From Bacteroidota bacterium (lineage in GTDB: Bacteria > Bacteroidota > Bacteroidia > Bacteroidales > PUMT01), in the NCBI GenBank assembly GCA_037446695.1, contig JBBIHY010000001.1:323026-387025 (forward strand): DNA of 64,000 bases. Direction: 5' to 3'. The position numbers were made by a program, and so were the translations under genes. The notes under the pieces are model-generated. The model made no database searches. It saw nothing but the letters and a program-made list of their open reading frames with translations, and had not been told where the DNA came from. Positions 18,172 through 29,678 of the stretch are shown one piece after another. Position 1 is the first letter of the stretch; every line of letters begins with the position of its first letter.

Positions 18172-20652
18172 CTAAAACTGTTGTCCAAGGACAAAATGGA
18201 ACTGCCCTTTATTTGCACCGGGTCTTCCCGGAATTTCATCAAATCCATAACCCCAGTCAACACCAAGCAGGCCAAACATAGGCAGGAATGCCCGCAGCCC
18301 TACACCAGCTGATCTTTTAATTGAGAAGGGGTTAAACTCCCTGAAGTCTGCCCATGCATTACCGCCTTCCAGAAATAAAAGCCCGTATATGGTAGCGGAT
18401 GGGTTTAGAGACAGGGGGTACCTTAATTCAAGGGTAAACTTATTGTAAATATTCCCTGCCTTACTGTTTTGGCGGATAGGTGTGATGGAACCATTTTCAT
18501 AACCTCTCAAAGAGATTGTTTCTCTTCCATAGAGGTTATATCCCGACATGCCATCGCCACCCAAATCAAATCCTTCAAAAGGCGAGAATCCATAATCTCT
18601 GTTGTAATAACCAAGAATTCCAAATTGTGCTCCTGTTGTTAATACCAATTTATCGACAAGGTTGGTATGGGTCTGGCTCTTAAAAGTCCATTTATGGTAT
18701 TCTATCCACTTATATTTTTCAACAGAAGGTAAAGTTGTATAATCCTTTCCGGTAAGGAGTGAATAGGGAGGAGTGAGTTGCAGGGTCAGGCTGAACTGTG
18801 AACCTCTCCTGGGATAGATCAGCTGGTCAACTGAACTTCTGGCCAGGCTTGTTTTAAAACTTAAGTTGTTGGAGTTCCCGTTTGAAAAAAGGAAAAATCC
18901 ACCACCCCAGTCATTCAGGTAATAATTCTGAAAGCTGATTTCATTGTAAAGGGTAAAAAAGTCATCGGGCCACTTCAGTTCCTTTCCAAGTCCAAGGGAG
19001 GCTCCGGAAATTTTAATGGATGCCCAGTCTTTTTGTCTTCTCGTGAACCTGTCGGTTTGTATAGTATGAAAAACAGAGAAAGAGAGAGAATTTGGTTTAT
19101 TTCCTCCGAACCATGGTTCTACAAAGGTCATATTATAACCCTGGTAGTAACTTCCGTTGGATTGTGCCCTTATACTCAGGGTTTGTCCGTCGCCTGAGGG
19201 TAGAGGCCTCCATGCATCTTTTTTAAAGAAGTTTCTTGTTGAAAAATTGCTGAATTTTACTCCAAGAGTACCGATAAGCATACCTGCACCCCATCCGCCT
19301 GAGATTTCCAACTGATCATTGGCTTTTTCTTCAACAATGAATTCAATGTCAACAGTTCCGTCGGCGGGATTGGGAATTGGTTTGACATCCAGTTTTTCAG
19401 GATCAAAATGTCCCAATACCGCAAGTTCCCGGGTACTTCTGACAATGTTAGTTTTGTTAAACAGCTCTCCCGGCCTTGTACGCAACTCCCTGCGGATAAC
19501 ATGTTCATTCGTTTTCGTGTTGCCGGTTATAATTACCTTGTTGATTGTGGCCTGCGGGCCTTCCTGGATTCTCATCTCCAGATCAATGGAATCGTTTTCA
19601 ATTCTGAGCTCTACCGGATTAATGGAAAAGAAAAGGTAACCATCATCGAGGTATAATGAACTAACTGCATCATCGTCTATTCTTAAACGCTTGTTTAATT
19701 TTGTCTGGTCAAAAACATCACCTTTTTCAATTCCAAGAATTGCCGATAATAACTCATCGGGATATTTTGAATTTCCAACCCAGGCAATATTTCTGAAATA
19801 ATATTTGTTTCCTTCGTGCAGGTGGATGTAAACATTAACCCCGTCTTCTGACTCAAGGTAAATGCTGTCGGCAAGTATCTTGGCATCGCGGAACCCCCTT
19901 TCGTTAAGGAAAGTGATAAGTTTATCCTTGTCGCCTTTGAATTCATTCTCGATAAATTTGGATGACCTGAAAAAGTTCCAGTTTTTCTTTTTGGTTTTTT
20001 TCAATATTCTTTGTAATCTGCGATCAGAGAATTGAGTATTACCCTCAAAAATGACGTCATTAATTCTTACCCTCTCATTTTTTTCAACATTAATAGTCAG
20101 GTTAACGCGGTTGGGAATGGAAGGCTCATCTTCAATGAGCATTTCAACGGAGGTGTTGAAAAATCCTTTGGGAACAAAATGTTTAATAATGATGTCTTCT
20201 GAAGTGTTCAGAACATTTTCAGTAATCAGGCTGCCACTTCTGAGTTTCAACTTGTCGCTAATTTCAGTGTTTTCCCCCTTCTTCAGTCCGTTGATAAACA
20301 ATCTTGCAAGCCTGGGGGGCTCCTGAAGATAAATATCCAGGTAAATTTTGTTTCCTTCTATTTTTGTGGCACTGATTTTTACATCAGAAAAAAGTCCCTG
20401 ATTCCAAAGTTTTTCCAGTGCTTTTGTGATATCGTCCCCTGGAACCGTTATAATCCTGCCGGGTTGCAGGTTTGAAATATTCAATACAACTATAGGATCA
20501 AGATAGTTCACACCTGATACCGAAACGTCGGCAATTTCATATTTTGCCGGCAGGGAATAATCAATTACAGGCAATTCAGTTCTTTCTGTCTGTGCGGAAA
20601 GATTTATCAGAAAAAGAATACCGACCAATATTGATATGTAAGACCTGTACAT
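18172..20652 (-). CDS. bamA: outer membrane protein assembly factor BamA
   Basis: 826 aa with a signal peptide, POTRA repeats, and a C-terminal barrel ending ...GQFHFVLGQQF (terminal aromatic residue). Confidence 0.92.
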   Translation of the reverse strand: MYRSYISILVGILFLINLSAQTERTELPVIDYSLPAKYEIADVSVSGVNYLDPIVVLNISNLQPGRIITVPGDDITKALEKLWNQGLFSDVKISATKIEGNKIYLDIYLQEPPRLARLFINGLKKGENTEISDKLKLRSGSLITENVLNTSEDIIIKHFVPKGFFNTSVEMLIEDEPSIPNRVNLTINVEKNERVRINDVIFEGNTQFSDRRLQRILKKTKKKNWNFFRSSKFIENEFKGDKDKLITFLNERGFRDAKILADSIYLESEDGVNVYIHLHEGNKYYFRNIAWVGNSKYPDELLSAILGIEKGDVFDQTKLNKRLRIDDDAVSSLYLDDGYLFFSINPVELRIENDSIDLEMRIQEGPQATINKVIITGNTKTNEHVIRRELRTRPGELFNKTNIVRSTRELAVLGHFDPEKLDVKPIPNPADGTVDIEFIVEEKANDQLEISGGWGAGMLIGTLGVKFSNFSTRNFFKKDAWRPLPSGDGQTLSIRAQSNGSYYQGYNMTFVEPWFGGNKPNSLSFSVFHTIQTDRFTRRQKDWASIKISGASLGLGKELKWPDDFFTLYNEISFQNYYLNDWGGGFFLFSNGNSNNLSFKTSLARSSVDQLIYPRRGSQFSLTLQLTPPYSLLTGKDYTTLPSVEKYKWIEYHKWTFKSQTHTNLVDKLVLTTGAQFGILGYYNRDYGFSPFEGFDLGGDGMSGYNLYGRETISLRGYENGSITPIRQNSKAGNIYNKFTLELRYPLSLNPSATIYGLLFLEGGNAWADFREFNPFSIKRSAGVGLRAFLPMFGLLGVDWGYGFDEIPGRPGANKGQFHFVLGQQF

Positions 20653-20671
20653 TTTGTTTTAAGTTAGAAGT

Positions 20672-21430
20672 TTAATCGCAGTTTTTTACCTGTTCACCGG
20701 TTTTTCCAAACCTTCTTTCTCTTTTTTGAAAATCAATTATGGCCTCATATAAATTTTCCTTGCGAAAATCGGGCCAAAGAATATCTGAGAAATATAATTC
20801 TGTATAAGCCAGTTGCCATAAAAGGAAATTGCTTAACCGGAACTCCCCGCCAGTTCTGATTAGTAACTCCGGATCAGGGATATGCTTTGTTGTAAGATAA
20901 CCGGAAAAAGTTTCTTCGGTAATAGCCCCTGCCGGCAGTTTATTCTCTTTAATATCCAGAGCTAATCGTAAGGCAGCCTGCGTAATTTCCCACTTCGAGC
21001 TGTAAGAAAGGGCAATCACCAGGTTAAGCCCTGTATTCTTTTCGGTTCTCGTAATAGCATTTAATAATTTGTTCTGTACATTCGTAGGCAGATTAGCAAT
21101 ATCACCGATTACAATCAGTTTGACATTATTTTTTGCAAGAGAATCAAGCTCTGAGTCAATTGTGGAAACCATCAGGCTCATAAGAGCATTGATTTCCTGC
21201 TGTGGCCTGCACCAGTTTTCTTTACTGAATGCATATAATGAAAGAAACGGAATCCCCAGCTCACCACAAGCCTCAACGGTTTGTCTTACTGACTCAACGC
21301 CATTCTGATGACCAAATACTCTCTGGTTTCCCTGCTTCAATGCCCAGCGGCCATTCCCATCCATGATTATGGCCACATGCACCGGCAACCTTTGCAAATC
21401 AATTTTTCCTTTTACTGACGACATATTCAA
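20672..21430 (-). CDS. uppS: isoprenyl transferase (undecaprenyl diphosphate synthase)
   Basis: 252 aa with HVAIIMDGNGRWA and RTGGEFRLSNFLLWQLAYTELYF blocks. Confidence 0.92.
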   Translation of the reverse strand: MNMSSVKGKIDLQRLPVHVAIIMDGNGRWALKQGNQRVFGHQNGVESVRQTVEACGELGIPFLSLYAFSKENWCRPQQEINALMSLMVSTIDSELDSLAKNNVKLIVIGDIANLPTNVQNKLLNAITRTEKNTGLNLVIALSYSSKWEITQAALRLALDIKENKLPAGAITEETFSGYLTTKHIPDPELLIRTGGEFRLSNFLLWQLAYTELYFSDILWPDFRKENLYEAIIDFQKRERRFGKTGEQVKNCD

Positions 21431-21438
21431 TAATCATC

Positions 21439-22104
21439 CTATTTCCAATATACCGGGCAATCGCCCTTTGGGTCGTGAAACTTATATGTAATTGTAACTC
21501 CGGTAATAAAAAACCAATCGTTGTTGTGAATAAATGACCTTTTATAATTTTGCCCCACATCCACCAGCTCGTCAAATGTATCTACAAAAGTTTTTCTCAT
21601 ACTCCATTCAATGGTAGTGCTAAACTTTTGCGACCATCCCACCTTGAATCCAACGCCTAAGGGTACAGCAGGATATCCGTTTAATTCTGCACCCTCCCCT
21701 GCAATAAAAGTATAGGCAAATCCGGCCGACATAAAAGGAGCGACTGCTTTTTCAAACCTTTTAACAACAAAAGGCAAAAAATTATATTCCGCCTGAAACC
21801 CAAGATCAATGAACACAGCTTCAAAACTATGAGCCCGGGATAACTGAAAGGCATTATTAAAATCGAGGTCATTGCCCTGCAGAAACCCAAATGTTAAACC
21901 CATACGCACACTATGGTGCTCATTTACAATGTGCCTGTAAAGTGCACCAAGCGCAGGCCTTGCAGAATAGAAATGCCTGCTGGGGTTTACATCGCCCAAA
22001 TAATACGAAGCGCCGGCAAAAATACCAAATTCACCATTCTTTTGACTGAAAATGGTAAAAGAAATCAAAAAAAAATAAAATAACAGGAAACTCTTTTTCA
22101 TCAA
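21439..22104 (-). CDS. DUF6089-like outer membrane beta-barrel protein
   Basis: 221 aa with a signal peptide, alternating beta-strand pattern and a terminal aromatic residue. It occupies the conserved position between nadK and uppS in Bacteroidota. Confidence 0.6.
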   Translation of the reverse strand: MMKKSFLLFYFFLISFTIFSQKNGEFGIFAGASYYLGDVNPSRHFYSARPALGALYRHIVNEHHSVRMGLTFGFLQGNDLDFNNAFQLSRAHSFEAVFIDLGFQAEYNFLPFVVKRFEKAVAPFMSAGFAYTFIAGEGAELNGYPAVPLGVGFKVGWSQKFSTTIEWSMRKTFVDTFDELVDVGQNYKRSFIHNNDWFFITGVTITYKFHDPKGDCPVYWK

Positions 22105-22148
22105 AACATTGTCATGTGCCGGGTAGCTCTATTGCATAGGCGAAAGAA

Positions 22149-22880
22149 TTAACGGAAAGGAATACGATAAATTACATGAATGTGCGTTAAATAGTAAATA
22201 TCATTTGATTTTGAGAATTTTGAAGTATATCCTTCCAGGTAATCTGAAAGGGCATATCTTCCTCCAATTTCCAAACCTATGTCAAAATGGTTGGATATAC
22301 CCATTTTTACCCCGGCACCAACCGGGAATACCATGGTAAAAATGCCATGCTCTATTCCCCTGAGTTCCTGTACCAGTTGCAACCTCTCGTTAGGGCTGAC
22401 AAAATAAAACACACCGCCTACTCCTCCAAACACATAAGCACTGAATGTGGCGTAATTTCTGACCAGACCTTTTCGGTTGAAAAGAGGACCTCCTATTGAG
22501 ATATCCCTGACGATAAAATACTCTCCCAATGCCGAAGTCTCGGCAATTAGTGTAAAAAAGGAAAAAGCTCGATTTTCATTTCGTGAACCCTTATCGGAAT
22601 CGCCCAACATGCTCACACTGATATTTCCTCTCACTGCAAAATTTTCAGGCAGGAAGTACCTGAAGCCGGCATGCAATGAAGGTCGGGTGCTTGTGAGACG
22701 TATATCTCTTAATCCCAGGAGATTATTTTCAGCTGCCGTGCCACCTATATCGCCATAAAAATTGGATGACCCTGCACCCAATATTATCTCATATGGTGAT
22801 TTTCTCCAAAGCTGTGCCTTGATGTCGCATAATGAGACATTCATTAAGAGGAGTAAAATGAAAAACCAGCTTTTCTTCAT
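22149..22880 (-). CDS. outer membrane beta-barrel protein (DUF6089-like paralog)
   Basis: 243 aa with a signal peptide, beta-barrel periodicity, and C-terminal ...VIYRIPFR. Confidence 0.55.
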   Translation of the reverse strand: MKKSWFFILLLLMNVSLCDIKAQLWRKSPYEIILGAGSSNFYGDIGGTAAENNLLGLRDIRLTSTRPSLHAGFRYFLPENFAVRGNISVSMLGDSDKGSRNENRAFSFFTLIAETSALGEYFIVRDISIGGPLFNRKGLVRNYATFSAYVFGGVGGVFYFVSPNERLQLVQELRGIEHGIFTMVFPVGAGVKMGISNHFDIGLEIGGRYALSDYLEGYTSKFSKSNDIYYLTHIHVIYRIPFR

Positions 22881-22988
22881 GCGAATTTTTTTTGGGTTAA
22901 CAAAGGTAAAGAATTTATAAAATATTAACTGTCAGCCTGATTTATTTATTATAAATTTTTAACTCTGGCTGGTACTATTTAAACAATT

Positions 22989-23867
22989 TTAATTACGTTT
23001 GTCCAATCCCCATAATAGCTTGTTCCTGAGTGTGCTGTAAAAATCCTGGTAGTTTAGCTTCACAAGCCTTACCCTCGTATCTGATTTTTTCAGAATGATC
23101 TCAGTAGAATTTGGGAGTTCAGTGGAGTGTGAATCCATGGATAACAGAAAATTTTTACCTCTTCCGTTAATGCTAAGCTTTATTTCGTGTATATCGGGGA
23201 CAACAAGAGGCCTTACAGTCAGATTGTGAGGCGCAATGGGAGATATAATAAATGCTTCTGAAAGGGGCGAAAGGATTGGACCACCCACGCTGAGTGAATA
23301 TGCAGTTGAACCGGTTGGAGTGGAAATAATTAACCCATCGGCCCAGTAAGTATTAACAAATTCATTGTTAAGAAACACATGGATCGTTATCATGGAGGAA
23401 TCCTTTTTTTGAATGGTAATTTCATTCAATGCAGCATTGAACTTGCCAAATAGATTCTCCGGTTGAATAATCTCAATCAGCGAACGGTTATCAAAAGTAA
23501 ACTCCCCGGTTTTTAATGCCTTCAATGTCATTGAAATTTCTTCCCCCGAAATATTTGCAAGAAAACCCAAACGGCCACTGTTAATCCCAATAATAGGGAT
23601 TTCTCTTTTACCAACAATACTTGCAGTATCAAGAAGGGTACCGTCACCTCCAATGCTAATAAAAAAATCAATAACTGTTTCAGGGTTATCTTCCTGATTG
23701 AAAGTATTGTCAATTTTGGGAGTAAAGTTGAACTCCTTTTTTAAAAATGCTGCGAAAGGTTCAAATACCATTACCGAAATACCAAGGTAGTGCAGCTCAT
23801 CAAAGACTTTTTTTGCAAAAGGGAAAAAGTCAGCTTCGAAATTTTTTCCGTAGATGGCTATATTCAT
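22989..23867 (-). CDS. nadK: NAD kinase
   Basis: 292 aa with the GGDGT motif (ISIGGDGTLLD) and the NRSLIEI...ADGLIISTPTGSTAYSLSVGGPI block. Confidence 0.92.
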   Translation of the reverse strand: MNIAIYGKNFEADFFPFAKKVFDELHYLGISVMVFEPFAAFLKKEFNFTPKIDNTFNQEDNPETVIDFFISIGGDGTLLDTASIVGKREIPIIGINSGRLGFLANISGEEISMTLKALKTGEFTFDNRSLIEIIQPENLFGKFNAALNEITIQKKDSSMITIHVFLNNEFVNTYWADGLIISTPTGSTAYSLSVGGPILSPLSEAFIISPIAPHNLTVRPLVVPDIHEIKLSINGRGKNFLLSMDSHSTELPNSTEIILKKSDTRVRLVKLNYQDFYSTLRNKLLWGLDKRN

Positions 23868-23875
23868 AGTAATAG

Positions 23876-24541
23876 TTAAATACTCAGGTATCGCATAAAC
23901 TGCTCATACCTTTCGTGGTATAAATTATCAATGGTATTATCGTGAAGGTAAGATGCCTTAATAGTATAATTATACCGGGTAAAAGTCTGCAAAACCGCAG
24001 ACAGGTCGGTTCGGTTGATTTTTAGTGTGACCTCCATACTGGTTGAGTCAGACGATGAGGAAATATAAAGCCCAAGGATTTTGGCATCATTGCTTTCCAC
24101 TATTTGTGCAATCTGGGAAAGTGAATAATCATTCTGGTTTATGTCAAGGACTATTATTCCCCCCGGATTCTTAACAGCAAGTAAATCAGCGAAATAATTT
24201 AAAAGGTCTGTTTGTGTAATAAGACCCAGATACTGCTTCTTATCATCCAGAACAGGCACTACGGTCAGATTAAGTTTTGATGCGAGGGCAATTACTTCGA
24301 AAATATGCTGGTTAAGATTTACATAGGGACTGAACAGGGAAAGATTGTGATTGCCAATTGGCTCATCACTCATGTTTAAATCGTAAATGTCGGAATCGGA
24401 AATGAGGCCCAGAAACTCGGTATTGTTGACAATTGGCAAGTGGGAAACCCTGAAGATTTCCATCCAGCTAAGCGCCCTGGCACCTGTATCAGAGGTTTTC
24501 AGGGAGGGAACAACATCCGAAATAAGATCTTTTGCCAGCAT
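23876..24541 (-). CDS. CBS domain-containing protein
   Basis: 221 aa with a tandem CBS pair pattern. It is the conserved neighbour of nadK and pdxJ in Bacteroidota. Confidence 0.75.
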   Translation of the reverse strand: MLAKDLISDVVPSLKTSDTGARALSWMEIFRVSHLPIVNNTEFLGLISDSDIYDLNMSDEPIGNHNLSLFSPYVNLNQHIFEVIALASKLNLTVVPVLDDKKQYLGLITQTDLLNYFADLLAVKNPGGIIVLDINQNDYSLSQIAQIVESNDAKILGLYISSSSDSTSMEVTLKINRTDLSAVLQTFTRYNYTIKASYLHDNTIDNLYHERYEQFMRYLSI

Positions 24542-24569
24542 GTAAATCTTCTTTTAATAAAAATGATCC

Positions 24570-24577
24570 TACTTTTG
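24570..24577 (+). promoter_or_regulatory. candidate -7 promoter box (TACTTTTG) for pdxJ
   Basis: Matches TAnnTTTG and ends 23 nt upstream of the ATG at 24601. Confidence 0.45.
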
Positions 24578-24600
24578 CTGCAGATACAAACTGCCAGATT

Positions 24601-25323
24601 ATGATGACCAGATTAAGCGTAAATATAAATAAAATTGCAACATTAAGGAACGCCAGAGGAGGAAATATACCCGATGTTTTAAAGGCTGCCATTGATGTTC
24701 AGAGATTTGGTGCTGATGGGGTTACAGTACATCCACGGCCCGATGAAAGACACATCCGTTATAGCGATGTTTTTGCTATAAAGCCTGTCATTACAACTGA
24801 ATACAATATTGAAGGCTACCCGTCCGCGCAGTTTCTTGAGTTGGTAAAGGCGGTAATGCCTCACCAGGTGACTCTCGTACCTGATCCTCCCGATGCAATC
24901 ACATCAAACCAGGGCTGGGATACAATAAAACATAAGTCCTTTTTAAGGGAGGTAATTTCAGAATTAAAGGCGAAAGGTATCCGCACATCCATTTTTATTG
25001 GTACTGAGCCGGAATTAATTGAAAATGCAGTGGATACTGGAACTGACAGGATAGAGTTGTATACCGAACCTTATGCTGCATTATATAATCAGTCCCCTGA
25101 AAAGGCTGTTAAACCATTTGTGCTGGCTGCAAAAAAAGCAAATGAACTTGGCCTGGGGCTTAATGCCGGACACGATTTGAACCTGCAAAACCTGGCTTGG
25201 TTTGCCTCAAATATACCCGGTTTATTGGAGGTTTCCATTGGTCATGCCTTGATTTCTGATGCTATCTATTTAGGCCTCGAGAATGTAATACAGATGTACA
25301 AGAGGGAGTTGATTGTAAAATGA
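24601..25323 (+). CDS. pdxJ: pyridoxine 5'-phosphate synthase
   Basis: From [20 protein letters not shown] it has the characteristic PdxJ N-terminus, plus HPRPDERHI and GHDLNLQNL blocks. The ORF-track start at 24532 is an upstream extension. The stop forms an ATGA overlap with the next gene. Confidence 0.92.
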   Translation: MMTRLSVNINKIATLRNARGGNIPDVLKAAIDVQRFGADGVTVHPRPDERHIRYSDVFAIKPVITTEYNIEGYPSAQFLELVKAVMPHQVTLVPDPPDAITSNQGWDTIKHKSFLREVISELKAKGIRTSIFIGTEPELIENAVDTGTDRIELYTEPYAALYNQSPEKAVKPFVLAAKKANELGLGLNAGHDLNLQNLAWFASNIPGLLEVSIGHALISDAIYLGLENVIQMYKRELIVK

Positions 25324-26129
25324 AGTTGTTTTTCAGAAAATTCGGGCAAGGCCCTCCGGTCATAATATTGCACGGCCTTTATGGAATGTCTGATAACTGG
25401 GTCTCTATCGCAAGGGATTTGTCTGTAAGATTTGAGGTTTTTACCATAGATCAGCGGAACCACGGTAATTCACCGCATGACCCGGCTCATAACTACGATA
25501 GCATGGCTGCAGATTTGCTGGCATTTATTGACAGCCAAAAAATTGAGAAACCAATCCTCCTGGGCCATTCCATGGGCGGAAAAACGGCCATGAAATTCTC
25601 CAGCCTTCACCCTGAAAGGGTTTCACATTTGATTGTTGTTGATATTGCGCCCAAATCCTATAAGGAAATTGCAAAAAAAAGGAATGATGAGGTAAGCCAT
25701 TATCAAATTCTGGGGGCAATGTGTACCACAGATCCCTCTGCTGCCAAAAGTCGTGAAGATATTGAAAAAGCTTTGGCTGAGAAGATTCCCGGTGAGAGAA
25801 TCAGGCAGTTCCTGATGAAGAATCTTAGCCGGAACAGGAATGGAAGGTTTTCCTGGCAACTGAATCTTGAAGCCCTGTGGAATAACCTGGATACCATTAT
25901 GGATGGGGTGAATTACGATGAATTATTGCCACATTCTCCAATTAGTGGTTTCCCGGTAATATTTGTCAGGGGAGCAAAATCTCCCTATATACAAGAGGAT
26001 GATGAGGAAAAAATCAGGTGGATTTATCCCTATGCCGACATTCATTCAATTGAGAAGGCAGGGCACTGGGTACATGCCGAACAGACCGAAAAATTTATGA
26101 AAATCATCAGGGAATTCCTGTTAAGTTAG
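25320..26129 (+). CDS. alpha/beta hydrolase (YbfF-like esterase)
   Basis: 269 aa with the HG oxyanion block (ILHGLYG), the nucleophile elbow GHSMGG and a C-terminal AGHWVH. Confidence 0.85.
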   Translation: MKLFFRKFGQGPPVIILHGLYGMSDNWVSIARDLSVRFEVFTIDQRNHGNSPHDPAHNYDSMAADLLAFIDSQKIEKPILLGHSMGGKTAMKFSSLHPERVSHLIVVDIAPKSYKEIAKKRNDEVSHYQILGAMCTTDPSAAKSREDIEKALAEKIPGERIRQFLMKNLSRNRNGRFSWQLNLEALWNNLDTIMDGVNYDELLPHSPISGFPVIFVRGAKSPYIQEDDEEKIRWIYPYADIHSIEKAGHWVHAEQTEKFMKIIREFLLS

Positions 26130-26848
26130 GCATCCAGCTTCTCAAGGTTTTCTTCGGGAATGAGATCGTCTCCCCTGTAGGAAAGCAACAACTGTGCTAT
26201 AGCAAAAACATCCTTCTCGCAATAACGAATGATGCGGTCAAGGTTTTGCTCTTTATAGTAAACATCAGCCACCATGCTGCCATCAATGTCCTCTTTCGGG
26301 GTAGGGATATTAAACAGGTGGCTCAGAAGGTTGAGTGAAGTAAAATTCTTGTAGTCCCCAAATTTCCATAGTTCCATCGTGTCAAGAAAATTAACTTCCC
26401 ATGGTTTTTTTCCTGCAACATCCAGAATTTTGGGCAGTGACAGCCTGTTTATCAATATCCTGCGTGAGAGATAAGGGAAATCAAATTCCTTTCCATTGTG
26501 GGCGCAAAGAAGGGCATTTGCTCTTTGACTGAATTTATTCAGCACCTGAATGAAATCCTGGAGAACGGTTTTTTCATCATCCCCCGCAAAGGACTTGTAT
26601 TTAAAGTACTTTTTTCCCTTTTTGAGAATGATCATACCACAGGAAATACAAATGATTTTCCCAAACTCAGCATAAATGCCTGTTCTTTCGAAAACTTCAG
26701 AAGCAGTTTGTCCTTCTTTTCTCAGGAAAGCTGATTTTTTATCCCACGCTTTTTTGAAGGCATCCGGCATTTCTTCATAAACAGGCCATGCCGGAACGGT
26801 TTCAATATCCAGAAATAGTATATTATCGATTTTCAGTTCATTGAGCAT
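26126..26848 (-). CDS. 3'-5' exonuclease, RNase H-like (DEDD) fold
   Basis: 240 aa with LFLDIETVP (ExoI DxE), HNGKEFDFPYL and YCEKDV blocks typical of predicted PolB-like exonucleases. Confidence 0.7.
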   Translation of the reverse strand: MLNELKIDNILFLDIETVPAWPVYEEMPDAFKKAWDKKSAFLRKEGQTASEVFERTGIYAEFGKIICISCGMIILKKGKKYFKYKSFAGDDEKTVLQDFIQVLNKFSQRANALLCAHNGKEFDFPYLSRRILINRLSLPKILDVAGKKPWEVNFLDTMELWKFGDYKNFTSLNLLSHLFNIPTPKEDIDGSMVADVYYKEQNLDRIIRYCEKDVFAIAQLLLSYRGDDLIPEENLEKLDA

Positions 26849-26857
26849 GACAATTGT

Positions 26858-27475
26858 TTATTTGATTTTGTTGAGGTTTTGCAGGAGGATACTGCTAAGC
26901 ACATTGATGCCAACCTCATTGTTTCCGCCCTGAGGAATGATGATATCGGCAAACCTTTTTGTAGGTTCAATAAACTGCAGGTGCATAGGCTTTACAGTCT
27001 TTTCATAACGCTCCAGCACCTTATCCACCGACCTGCCTCTTTCGAGTAAGTCGCGGCAAATAATTCTGGACAGCCTGTCATCGGCATCAGCATCAACAAA
27101 CACCTTTACATTCATCAGGCTTCGCAACGGCGAGTTGGTAAGCACAAGAATACCCTCAACGATAATCACTTCTTTTGGCAGCACTTCAATGGTTTCCTTT
27201 AACCTGGTGCATGTGAGGTAAGAGTAAATGGGTTGCTGAACGGGAATCCTCTCTTTTAATTTCCTGATATGCTCCAGAAGAAGCTTAAATTCCAGGGAGC
27301 GGGGATGGTCAAAATTAACTTCCTGTCGTTGTTCAAGGGGGAGGTGGCTATTGTCGCGGTAATAAGAATCCTGGGAAATTACGGCTACTTCTCCTTTTGG
27401 AAGGCGGTCAATGATTTTGCGGACAACTGTGGTTTTGCCGGATCCACTTCCTCCTGCAATGCCTACTACAAGCAT
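26858..27475 (-). CDS. udk: uridine kinase
   Basis: 205 aa with P-loop GIAGGSGSGKTT and blocks DSYY and NFDHP. Confidence 0.9.
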   Translation of the reverse strand: MLVVGIAGGSGSGKTTVVRKIIDRLPKGEVAVISQDSYYRDNSHLPLEQRQEVNFDHPRSLEFKLLLEHIRKLKERIPVQQPIYSYLTCTRLKETIEVLPKEVIIVEGILVLTNSPLRSLMNVKVFVDADADDRLSRIICRDLLERGRSVDKVLERYEKTVKPMHLQFIEPTKRFADIIIPQGGNNEVGINVLSSILLQNLNKIK

Positions 27476-27595
27476 GTTTCTGGTTTTGAAAAATTAAAGT
27501 GTTTATATTTGTTCACGAATTAATTGGATTCGCTAAATTTTTTATAAAAGTAATGAATTCTCCTTAATTCCTGTTTCTATAAAATCTTTATCCCG

Positions 27596-28588
27596 ATGAA
27601 TCATTTGTACCCCTTAAAATTCAAGCCTTTTCTGAAAGAAAGAATATGGGGAGGTTACAAGCTGTCAGCTATTTTGAATAAAACAGGAGATTTGACCGGG
27701 AAGTACGGCGAAAGCTGGGAGATATCAGCCGTGGCGGGTAGTGTTTCAGTGGTGGCCAATGGATTCCTGAGTGGAAAAGATATAAATGAATTGGTTGGGG
27801 TTTACATGGCCGATTTGGTTGGTGAAAGTATTTTTGGAAGATTTGGGGGAGAATTTCCACTGCTTGTTAAATTGATTGATGCATCGGAATTGCTCAGCCT
27901 GCAGGTTCATCCTTGTGATGAACTTGCGTTTTTAAGGCATGAAACACCGGGTAAAACCGAAATGTGGTACATTCTGGATGCAGAAAAAAATGCCAGGTTT
28001 ATAAATGGGTTTAACAGCGATATTGATAAAACCCAATTTCTTGAATTGCTTGCATCAGGAGAAATTGAATCAAAATTAAACTACATTGGGGTAAAACCCG
28101 GTGATGCCGTTTTTATGCCTGCAGGACGTGTTCATTGCATATGCGGAGGAATTCTTCTGGTTGAAATTCAGCAAAGTTCTGATTTAACCTACAGGATTTT
28201 TGACTGGAACAGGGTGGAAGGCAATGGAAATTCCCGCGATTTACATCTTGATTTGGCACTGGATGCAATTGATTACAAAAAAACTTCCGAAGGTGTAATT
28301 TCTGTTCAGGAAAATGAAGTAGTCACCCAATTAATCTCCTGCGAGCATTTTACAACAAATCTCATTCGATTGAATACCCCAACAGAAAGAGATTATAACC
28401 TGATTGATTCGTTTGTGATTTTTGTTTGTACCGAGGGTGAATTTGTGATCAGAGATTTGAGTGGTGAGACAAGGGTAAAAAAAGGGGAAACAGTTCTTAT
28501 TCCAGCCGTCATTAAGAATCTGGTATTAACGCCCTCGCCTTCTTCAAAAATACTGGAGGTTTTTATTCAGCCAGATAGCAATAACTGA
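27596..28588 (+). CDS. manA: type I phosphomannose isomerase (mannose-6-phosphate isomerase)
   Basis: 330 aa with [31 protein letters not shown] and PAGRVHCI cupin metal-site blocks. Confidence 0.85.
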   Translation: MNHLYPLKFKPFLKERIWGGYKLSAILNKTGDLTGKYGESWEISAVAGSVSVVANGFLSGKDINELVGVYMADLVGESIFGRFGGEFPLLVKLIDASELLSLQVHPCDELAFLRHETPGKTEMWYILDAEKNARFINGFNSDIDKTQFLELLASGEIESKLNYIGVKPGDAVFMPAGRVHCICGGILLVEIQQSSDLTYRIFDWNRVEGNGNSRDLHLDLALDAIDYKKTSEGVISVQENEVVTQLISCEHFTTNLIRLNTPTERDYNLIDSFVIFVCTEGEFVIRDLSGETRVKKGETVLIPAVIKNLVLTPSPSSKILEVFIQPDSNN

Positions 28589-28595
28589 TATCCAT

Positions 28596-28991
28596 ATGGA
28601 AAGTAAATTGAAGCCCGGAATAAGGCATATTTTGGAAAAAACAGTTGCCTACGATGATACAGCCGCAAAATACGGCTCAGGACTGGTAGAGGTATTTGCC
28701 ACTCCGGCTATGATTGCATTCATGGAAAAAACATGCCTGGAGCTTGTTATGCCTTTTCTGGGCAGGGAGGAAAATACAGTTGGTACAGAGGTGAATGTAA
28801 AACATACAAAAGCGACTCCTGTTGGGATGAGGGTGAAGTGTGAGGCAATCCTGACCGGAATAGATGGAAGAAAGCTGTATTTCCAGGTACAGGCCTGGGA
28901 CGAGGAAGGTGAAATAGGGAATGGGAATCATACCCGGTTTATCATTGATACAAACAAGTTCATGACGAAAGTAAAGAAGCAGGAATACTAA
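28596..28991 (+). CDS. hotdog-fold thioesterase family protein
   Basis: 131 aa. The pattern [15 protein letters not shown]...[15 protein letters not shown] is typical of small FlK-like/YbgC-like thioesterases. Confidence 0.65.
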   Translation: MESKLKPGIRHILEKTVAYDDTAAKYGSGLVEVFATPAMIAFMEKTCLELVMPFLGREENTVGTEVNVKHTKATPVGMRVKCEAILTGIDGRKLYFQVQAWDEEGEIGNGNHTRFIIDTNKFMTKVKKQEY

Positions 28992-29002
28992 TTAGGTTCA
29001 TA

Positions 29003-29605
29003 ATGAAAATCAAAACTGCAGAATTTGTTATAAGCAGTTCAAAAGTTGAACAATGCCCTGCTCCCGGAAAACCGGAGTTTGCTTTCATTGGGAGATCGAA
29101 TGTGGGGAAATCGAGCCTTATCAACATGCTGGCCGGAAGGAAGTCCCTAGCAAAAATTTCGTCAACTCCGGGTAAAACCAAACTAATAAATCACTTCCTC
29201 ATTAACAATGAATGGTACCTGGTGGATCTTCCCGGTTATGGATATGCCCGCACCTCAAAATCGGAGAGAATTGCTTTTAACCAACTGATAACGAGCTACA
29301 TAATAAAAAGAGAGAATCTGGCCAGCCTCTTTCTGTTAATTGACAGCCGTCATAAACCACTTAAAAATGATTTACAGTTTATTCAATGGCTGGGGGTAAA
29401 TCAGGTTCCGTTTGGAATTGTTTTTACAAAAACCGATAAGGTTTCTTCTTCTGTTATGGATAGTAATCTTTCGGCTTACAGAAAGGAATTAAAGAAGACA
29501 TGGGATAGCCTGCCAGCTTTTTTTACGACTTCCGCGGTGAAAGGAATTGGGAAGGTTGAAATACTGGAATTCATTAGCAATACGGTTTTGTCTTTAAAAC
29601 TTTGA
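29003..29605 (+). CDS. engB: ribosome biogenesis GTP-binding protein YsxC/EngB
   Basis: 200 aa with G1 GRSNVGKSSLIN, G3 DLPGYG and G4 TKTDK. Confidence 0.92.
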   Translation: MKIKTAEFVISSSKVEQCPAPGKPEFAFIGRSNVGKSSLINMLAGRKSLAKISSTPGKTKLINHFLINNEWYLVDLPGYGYARTSKSERIAFNQLITSYIIKRENLASLFLLIDSRHKPLKNDLQFIQWLGVNQVPFGIVFTKTDKVSSSVMDSNLSAYRKELKKTWDSLPAFFTTSAVKGIGKVEILEFISNTVLSLKL

Positions 29606-29638
29606 GCTGTAAACCATTTGTAATAAGGGATATTTCCC

Positions 29639-29646
29639 TAACTTTG
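29639..29646 (+). promoter_or_regulatory. candidate -7 promoter box (TAACTTTG) for prs
   Basis: Matches TAnnTTTG, 33 nt upstream of the ATG at 29679. Confidence 0.45.
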
Positions 29647-29678
29647 AACCTCAAAATCATCCTAAATGTTTAAAGGAA